Assembly (NCBI GenBank): GCA_964383935.1
Contig: CAYLIE010000005.1
Location: 24,566-88,565, forward strand
Source of the DNA: an uncultured Anaerolineales bacterium
GTDB taxonomy: Bacteria > Chloroflexota > Anaerolineae > UBA7937
Direction: 5' to 3'
DNA: 64,000 bases
Made by a program: the position numbers and the translations under genes. This document shows positions 59,356 through 64,000 of this stretch, piece after piece; the stretch's first letter is position 1, and every line of letters starts with the position of its first letter. Below the pieces are notes generated by a model that did not search any database, was not told the origin of the DNA, and worked only from the letters and a program-made list of their open reading frames with translations.

Positions 59356-59835
59356 TCACCCTTTGGTTGATCCTTGTACTGGATATTGAAGCGATCCTTG
59401 ACATTTTCCAGATTCTTCTTTTGAGCCATCGGCGTAGATGGCATCTATCCGCTCGGCATCTTCTACCACGTGGCTATTGGTGACGATATAGCCCTCTTCA
59501 TCGATGATGACCCCGGAGCCAGAGGCTTGGGGCTCCTTGAGCCCGAAGAAGGTCCACCTGGCCGGAAGGGTGTTGATTACCGTAACTACGGCAGGCTTCA
59601 CCTTGGCGATAGCTTCGATTAGGGCTGAATCTTGGGCGAGGGTTAGATAGGTGGCTTCTCCCGGCTGGCCTATGATCACTGGTGTGGGAAAGGAGAGGGT
59701 GAGCTGTGAGCGGGCAACCCAGTACCCAGCCGCGCCGCCAACGGCCCCCCCACAAATGATAGCGGCTACGATACCCAAGGCCACGGCAAGAACCACTACG
59801 AAGTATCTTGGCCTAGAACCCCTCTCTATCTTCAT
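59356..59835 (-). pseudogene. Truncated HtrA/DegP-like serine protease
   Basis: TM anchor, KVKPAVVTV, GSGVIIDEEGYIVTNSHVV (catalytic His). Similarity stops after ADGSKE; no Asp, GNSGG or PDZ. Confidence 0.8.
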
Positions 59836-59964
59836 TCCCCCTCAAATCATGCCTCATTTCGTCGTGCGGTGCAACTAAAACAGAGAAAGCAAGGAGTTGG
59901 GCCTGGGGCCGGACCCTAACAAAGCAGATGCTGTCCACCTACCCTTTATTAGCTGGGCTACGCG

Positions 59965-60546
59965 CTAGGAAGGCGGTGCCGAATCCACCAGGAGGCTAAG
60001 TCTCGGCTGTTCGAGATGACTCCGATCAAACCGTTGGGGTTGGAAGAACCGTCGGCGCTTAATGGACCAATAGCGAACCCCTAGGTAGGGGAGGGTTTTT
60101 CCTTCCTCGTCTGTGGTCTCTCCTAACGTCACCTGGATCTCTTTGCTTTCCTCCCAATGACTGAGGGTCAAGGTTATCTTCTCCCCTGGCTCATGCTCCA
60201 GAATGAGATCTCGAAGGGTGTGATCTTCGTCGATCTCCACGCCATCCACGGCGGCGATTATGTCACCTGCCTTGATTCCGGCTTCTTCGGCGGGGCTCCC
60301 CTCCTCCACCCAGGTCACCTGAGCGCCTGAAGCCAGGATCACAAATTCCCGTCTGATCTCCGGGAGAGGCTGGAAGAAAGGTGCCGGGAGGCGTTGCCGC
60401 TCATGCTGGTATGGGCCCCAGGGAAGGCGAAGGGCCAGGGATCTTTTGGCTACGAGGTAGCCGACGATGCCCCCCGCGGCGGCTATGGCTGCCGCCAGAA
60501 GAGCCGCTACTATAACCCCAATGACGATCACTCTGCGTTTAGTCAT
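59965..60546 (-). CDS. Membrane-anchored PDZ-domain protein
   Basis: N-terminal TM; GAQVTWVEEGSPAEEAGIKAGDIIAAVDG PDZ; PYLGVRY. Confidence 0.85.
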   Translation of the reverse strand: MTKRRVIVIGVIVAALLAAAIAAAGGIVGYLVAKRSLALRLPWGPYQHERQRLPAPFFQPLPEIRREFVILASGAQVTWVEEGSPAEEAGIKAGDIIAAVDGVEIDEDHTLRDLILEHEPGEKITLTLSHWEESKEIQVTLGETTDEEGKTLPYLGVRYWSIKRRRFFQPQRFDRSHLEQPRLSLLVDSAPPS

Positions 60547-60776
60547 CTCTCATACCCCCTAATTTGCCTCCTTCGTCTTCGAGATCTTGTGGCCCGAGGA
60601 CCACCTGCATCCCCGGAATCATGATGCGCAGGGTTTGAATAGTCACTGACCCCTCCCTTCTCTCCCTCCAGGCAAAGCGCATCCCTTCCTCCTCTGCGCT
60701 CTTCCAAGGCTCTCCAGCAATTATTACGAAAGTGATCGTCCCAGAAGTGGGCCTTACTCGGCTCCGATGATAACCC

Positions 60777-62006
60777 TCACTCATATCGTAGCGCCTCAAT
60801 GGGATGGAGGCTGGCCGCCCGACTGGCCGGGTAGGTGCCGAAGAAAAGGCCCATGCCGATGGAGACGCTCAGACCCATGACCACACTGCCCGAGGTAACC
60901 AGAGGCTGTGTGCCCCCCAGCAAGGGGGTAACCACCTGCGCAGCGCCGTAGCCTGCCAGGATACCGACAACTCCACCCAGGAGGCTGAGAACCACCGCCT
61001 CTGCGAGAAACTGAGCCAGGATGTCCCTGCGCTTGGCCCCCACCGCCTTGCGGATGCCTATCTCCCGCGTCCGCTCCGTCACGGACACCAGCATGATATT
61101 CATGATGCCGATGCCCCCTACCACTAGGGAGATGGCGGCGATGCTGCTTAAGAGTACGGTGAAGGTCTCCGTTACTTCCGTTACTGTCTCCACCATTTGG
61201 GTCTGGTCAAACACCGTGAAATCATCAGACTGACTCGCCGCCAGACCGTGGCTGGCCCGCAGGATGGCCATCAGTTCCGCCTTGGCCCATTCCATCTTAT
61301 CCGCCGAGACGACCTGCACGTTGATAGATTCCAAGGTGGTGGTGCCCGCTCCCCCGAACTTGATTTGGGCTGTGCTCAAGGGGATGAGCACCTGGTCGTC
61401 CGGGTTTTCGAAGCCACCGAGCCCCTTGCTGGCCAGGATGCCCACGATTTGATAGTTCTGGCGGTTGATCTTGATCGTCTTACCCAGGGGATCAACGAGG
61501 GTCTCGCCAAAGAGATCTTCGGCCACTGTGGCCCCCAAGACGGCCACCTTGTCCTGATTTGTGAGGTCGAGGTTGTTGATAAAGCGTCCTCGCTCCACCT
61601 GGAAATTGCGCACCGTCAGGTAGTCCGGGGTGGCCCCCACGACGCTGGTCTGGGTGTTCTGATTGCCATAGACCACCTGGGCGCTGGTAGAGTACTGGGG
61701 CGCGATGGCCGATACGGAAGTGGCCAGTTTGGCGATGGCCTCCACGTCATCGTTGGTCAGGGTCTGGGCGCTTGCTGCCCCCATGGACATACCACGAAAG
61801 GTCATGGCCCCTGATCTGATGGTCAGCAGGTTGGAGCCTAGACTCTCGAACTGAGCGGTGACTTGTGCCTGGGTGCCGGCGCCCGCGGCCACCAGGGCGA
61901 TGACGGCGGCCACGCCGATGACCATGCCCAGCATGGTGAGCCCTGAGCGCAACTTGTTGGCCGAGAGAGAGCGCACAGCCACCCGTGCAACTTCGATGAT
62001 GTTCAT
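60777..62006 (-). CDS. ABC exporter permease (MacB/FtsX family)
   Basis: NKLRSGLTMLGMVIGVAAVI, GGIGIMNIMLVSVTERTREIGIRKAVGA, PIEALRYE. Confidence 0.95.
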   Translation of the reverse strand: MNIIEVARVAVRSLSANKLRSGLTMLGMVIGVAAVIALVAAGAGTQAQVTAQFESLGSNLLTIRSGAMTFRGMSMGAASAQTLTNDDVEAIAKLATSVSAIAPQYSTSAQVVYGNQNTQTSVVGATPDYLTVRNFQVERGRFINNLDLTNQDKVAVLGATVAEDLFGETLVDPLGKTIKINRQNYQIVGILASKGLGGFENPDDQVLIPLSTAQIKFGGAGTTTLESINVQVVSADKMEWAKAELMAILRASHGLAASQSDDFTVFDQTQMVETVTEVTETFTVLLSSIAAISLVVGGIGIMNIMLVSVTERTREIGIRKAVGAKRRDILAQFLAEAVVLSLLGGVVGILAGYGAAQVVTPLLGGTQPLVTSGSVVMGLSVSIGMGLFFGTYPASRAASLHPIEALRYE

Positions 62007-63457
62007 GGTCGTCTCTGCTGCCCCCCGCCAGGGAAGATGCCCCCCATGCCATAGAACCCGCCCGTCTCCTGGGCTGGCTGGTACTCGATCACCACCTGAT
62101 CGCCCTCGTTCAACCCTCGTACCACCTCTACGTATAGTCCATCGCTCAACCCCACCTCTACCGGCGTCTGCATGGCAGGTCCCTGGGGGGAGTCCTGCAC
62201 CATCACCACGTTCCCTTCCTCCCCCTGCTGCACTGCCAGGGCCGGCACCAAGAGAACATTCTCCCGCCGGCCCACCACGATCTTGAGATTAGCGGTCATC
62301 CCTGTCTTCAGCGGCACGTCTTCTGGCCCCTCCAGACTCATGGGTACCTCATAGGTCATGACGTTCTGCGACAGAGTCCCCTGCAGCGGCACCTCCAGCA
62401 CCTGGCCCCGGAACTGTTTCCCCGGGAAGGCATCGAAGGTGATCTCCACCTCTTGGCCGATCTCCACCTGGCTGATATCGGTCTCATCCACGAAGGCCCG
62501 CACCCGCAGGTTCGAGAGGTCGGCCAGGGTAACCACGGTGGTGGTCGAATAGACGAGATCTCCTACCTCGGCGCCTGTGGAGATGACCGTTCCATCGAAG
62601 GGAGCCACCAGGGTGGCCGCTTCTAAGGCGGCCTGGGCATCCGCGAGAGCGGCTTGGGCGGTGGTAACCTTGGCCTGGGCCACCTCGATCTCCTTGGGGT
62701 CGGGGCCAGCCAGGATTTCGGCCAGAGAGTCCTGGGCCTTTTGTAGGTTGTACTCGGCCTGGGCCACCTGGTCTTGGGCGTTGGCGAGGTTGATCTCGCG
62801 ACTAAGGAGGGCCCTCTCCAGATTCTCCTTGGCGGTCACCAGGTTATTCCAATCTAGGTCGAGTCTCTCCTTAGTGATCCGACCGTTTTCATACTCTGTC
62901 AGTGACTCGCCGTAGTGGGTCTCATACCAGTTAACTTCGTACTGCAGGTCTCGGATCCTTTGGGCGTTGTCGGAATCGGTTTGGACGAGGATCAAATTCT
63001 TCTTGGCATTTTCCAGATCCACCTGGGCCTGGGTCACGGCCCGTTGGGCCCCAGCCAGGTCTAGATCGGTATAGGGGTTTTGGACCTTCTCCAGTGCGTC
63101 CTGGGCCACCGTGAGATCGGCCTCGGCTTGGGTCACGGCCCGCTCCAGAGTCGTGGGGTCGATGCGAGCCAGCAGATCCCCGGCCTTCACCTGCTGGCCC
63201 GGAACCACGTTCAGTTCGATCAATTCGATCTTATTGACGTCGAAGTATAACTCCGCCTGACGAGGGGCGTAGACCTCGCCGGTGGGCGCGATGGTCGCCA
63301 CGAGATTCCCTCGCTCCACCGTCACCACTTGGGTGAGGCTGGTGGTCTGGGGCGCTTGGTTTCGGGTCCAAAACCACCACGCAGCCGTCCCCGCCACCGC
63401 GACCACCAGAATCAGGGCTAGCCACTTCAATAAGCGCTTCAGCCGTTGCATCTTCAT
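62003..63457 (-). CDS. Membrane fusion / periplasmic adaptor protein (MacA/HlyD family)
   Basis: N-terminal TM, lipoyl halves GQQVKAGDLLA and APFDGTV, long coiled coil, VDETDISQV..GQ. Confidence 0.92.
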   Translation of the reverse strand: MKMQRLKRLLKWLALILVVAVAGTAAWWFWTRNQAPQTTSLTQVVTVERGNLVATIAPTGEVYAPRQAELYFDVNKIELIELNVVPGQQVKAGDLLARIDPTTLERAVTQAEADLTVAQDALEKVQNPYTDLDLAGAQRAVTQAQVDLENAKKNLILVQTDSDNAQRIRDLQYEVNWYETHYGESLTEYENGRITKERLDLDWNNLVTAKENLERALLSREINLANAQDQVAQAEYNLQKAQDSLAEILAGPDPKEIEVAQAKVTTAQAALADAQAALEAATLVAPFDGTVISTGAEVGDLVYSTTTVVTLADLSNLRVRAFVDETDISQVEIGQEVEITFDAFPGKQFRGQVLEVPLQGTLSQNVMTYEVPMSLEGPEDVPLKTGMTANLKIVVGRRENVLLVPALAVQQGEEGNVVMVQDSPQGPAMQTPVEVGLSDGLYVEVVRGLNEGDQVVIEYQPAQETGGFYGMGGIFPGGGQQRRP

Positions 63458-63471
63458 ACCTCCCTCAGGGT

Positions 63472-63903
63472 TTATGGGGCCGTGGAGATTCGGATGGAGC
63501 GGGCGGTGATGCTGCCATCATCGTTCCGCGAGCCCGCAACCACCACCTGCTCGCCTACATCCAGGTCCCCCACGCCCACCACCATGGACTTCTCGATGAG
63601 GGTGGTATCTGTGGTATGCACCTGGATCTCTCCCTCCTCGGAGCTCACGACCAGGGTACTCCCCTCGACCGCTTCGATGGTGCCCATGATGCCGCCACCA
63701 AATCGCTGGGCTTCTGCACCTGGCTGGGGCGTCCCGACCATCCCTGGGAACTGGCCACCCTGGCCTCTGATCCTCTCCTGGAAGAAACGGGCAGGATCCT
63801 GAATGACCCGGTTTTCCCCCACCCTCATCCCAGCCCAGAAGGAGCCACCTCCCACAGCCACGATGACCAGTAACACCCCTATGACGACCACGATCTTATT
63901 CAT
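63472..63903 (-). CDS. Membrane-anchored small OB-fold-like protein (DUF5666-like)
   Basis: TM with GGSFWAGM, Gly-rich linker, GTIEAVEGSTLVV...DLDVGEQVVVAG..NDDGSITARSI. Confidence 0.65.
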   Translation of the reverse strand: MNKIVVVIGVLLVIVAVGGGSFWAGMRVGENRVIQDPARFFQERIRGQGGQFPGMVGTPQPGAEAQRFGGGIMGTIEAVEGSTLVVSSEEGEIQVHTTDTTLIEKSMVVGVGDLDVGEQVVVAGSRNDDGSITARSIRISTAP

Positions 63904-64000
63904 CGTTGTCCTCCTCTAGTTTCATCACTCCCCTCCTGGCTGACCATACGCCCATCGAAGAGATGTACAATGCGGCCAGCGCGGGCGCCTATCTGGAGGT
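63900..64000 (-). CDS. 3' end of an ABC ATP-binding protein (LolD/MacB type), partial
   Basis: Translates as ...GARAGRIVHLFDGRMVSQEGSDETRGGQR*; its TGA overlaps the next ATG (ATGA). Confidence 0.7.
   Translation of the reverse strand, partial: LQIGARAGRIVHLFDGRMVSQEGSDETRGGQR

Noticed and set aside
59205-59444. Possible programmed frameshift continuing HtrA
   Set aside because: The alternative frame has no trypsin motifs (no DLA, no GNSGG) and ends after about 80 codons.
60539-60799. 86-aa ORF between the permease and the PDZ gene
   Set aside because: Overlaps both neighbours and has no motif; only a weak internal SD/ATG.
60777-63903. MacAB-type exporter apparently lacking an ATPase
   Set aside because: The 3' end of an ATP-binding subunit gene is present at 63900-64000.

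Overview
A bacterial window coded almost entirely on the minus strand. Gene content suggests Chloroflexota (Anaerolineae-like); this is inferred, not measured. It has five blocks. (1) 1-38.7 kb is a large cell-surface glycosylation locus: six tandem GT-C-type membrane glycosyltransferases (five ArnT/PMT-like, one DUF2079-like), two polyprenol-phosphate GT2s, a WbbL-like GT2, four GT4s, a flippase, two methyltransferases, a B12 radical SAM enzyme, an acyltransferase, a secreted SGNH hydrolase, a phosphodiesterase, an epimerase, a polyprenyl synthase, TatD, PMM, gmd and an rmd-like reductase. (2) 38.8-45.1 kb is a SAM-cycle operon (mtnA, PfkB kinase, GNAT, Nudix, ahcY, archaeal-type MAT) behind an unusually long SAM-I riboswitch. 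(3) 45.1-46.6 kb holds an XRE regulator and decayed DNA. (4) 46.6-55.8 kb is a maltodextrin/starch locus (malEFG-like, GH13, GH57 amylopullulanase) followed by an IS481-like remnant. (5) 57-64 kb holds a two-component system, a truncated HtrA, a PDZ protein and a MacAB-type ABC exporter operon that runs off the right edge. I saw no rRNA, tRNA or CRISPR array. Family calls come from motif recognition by eye; no database search was run.
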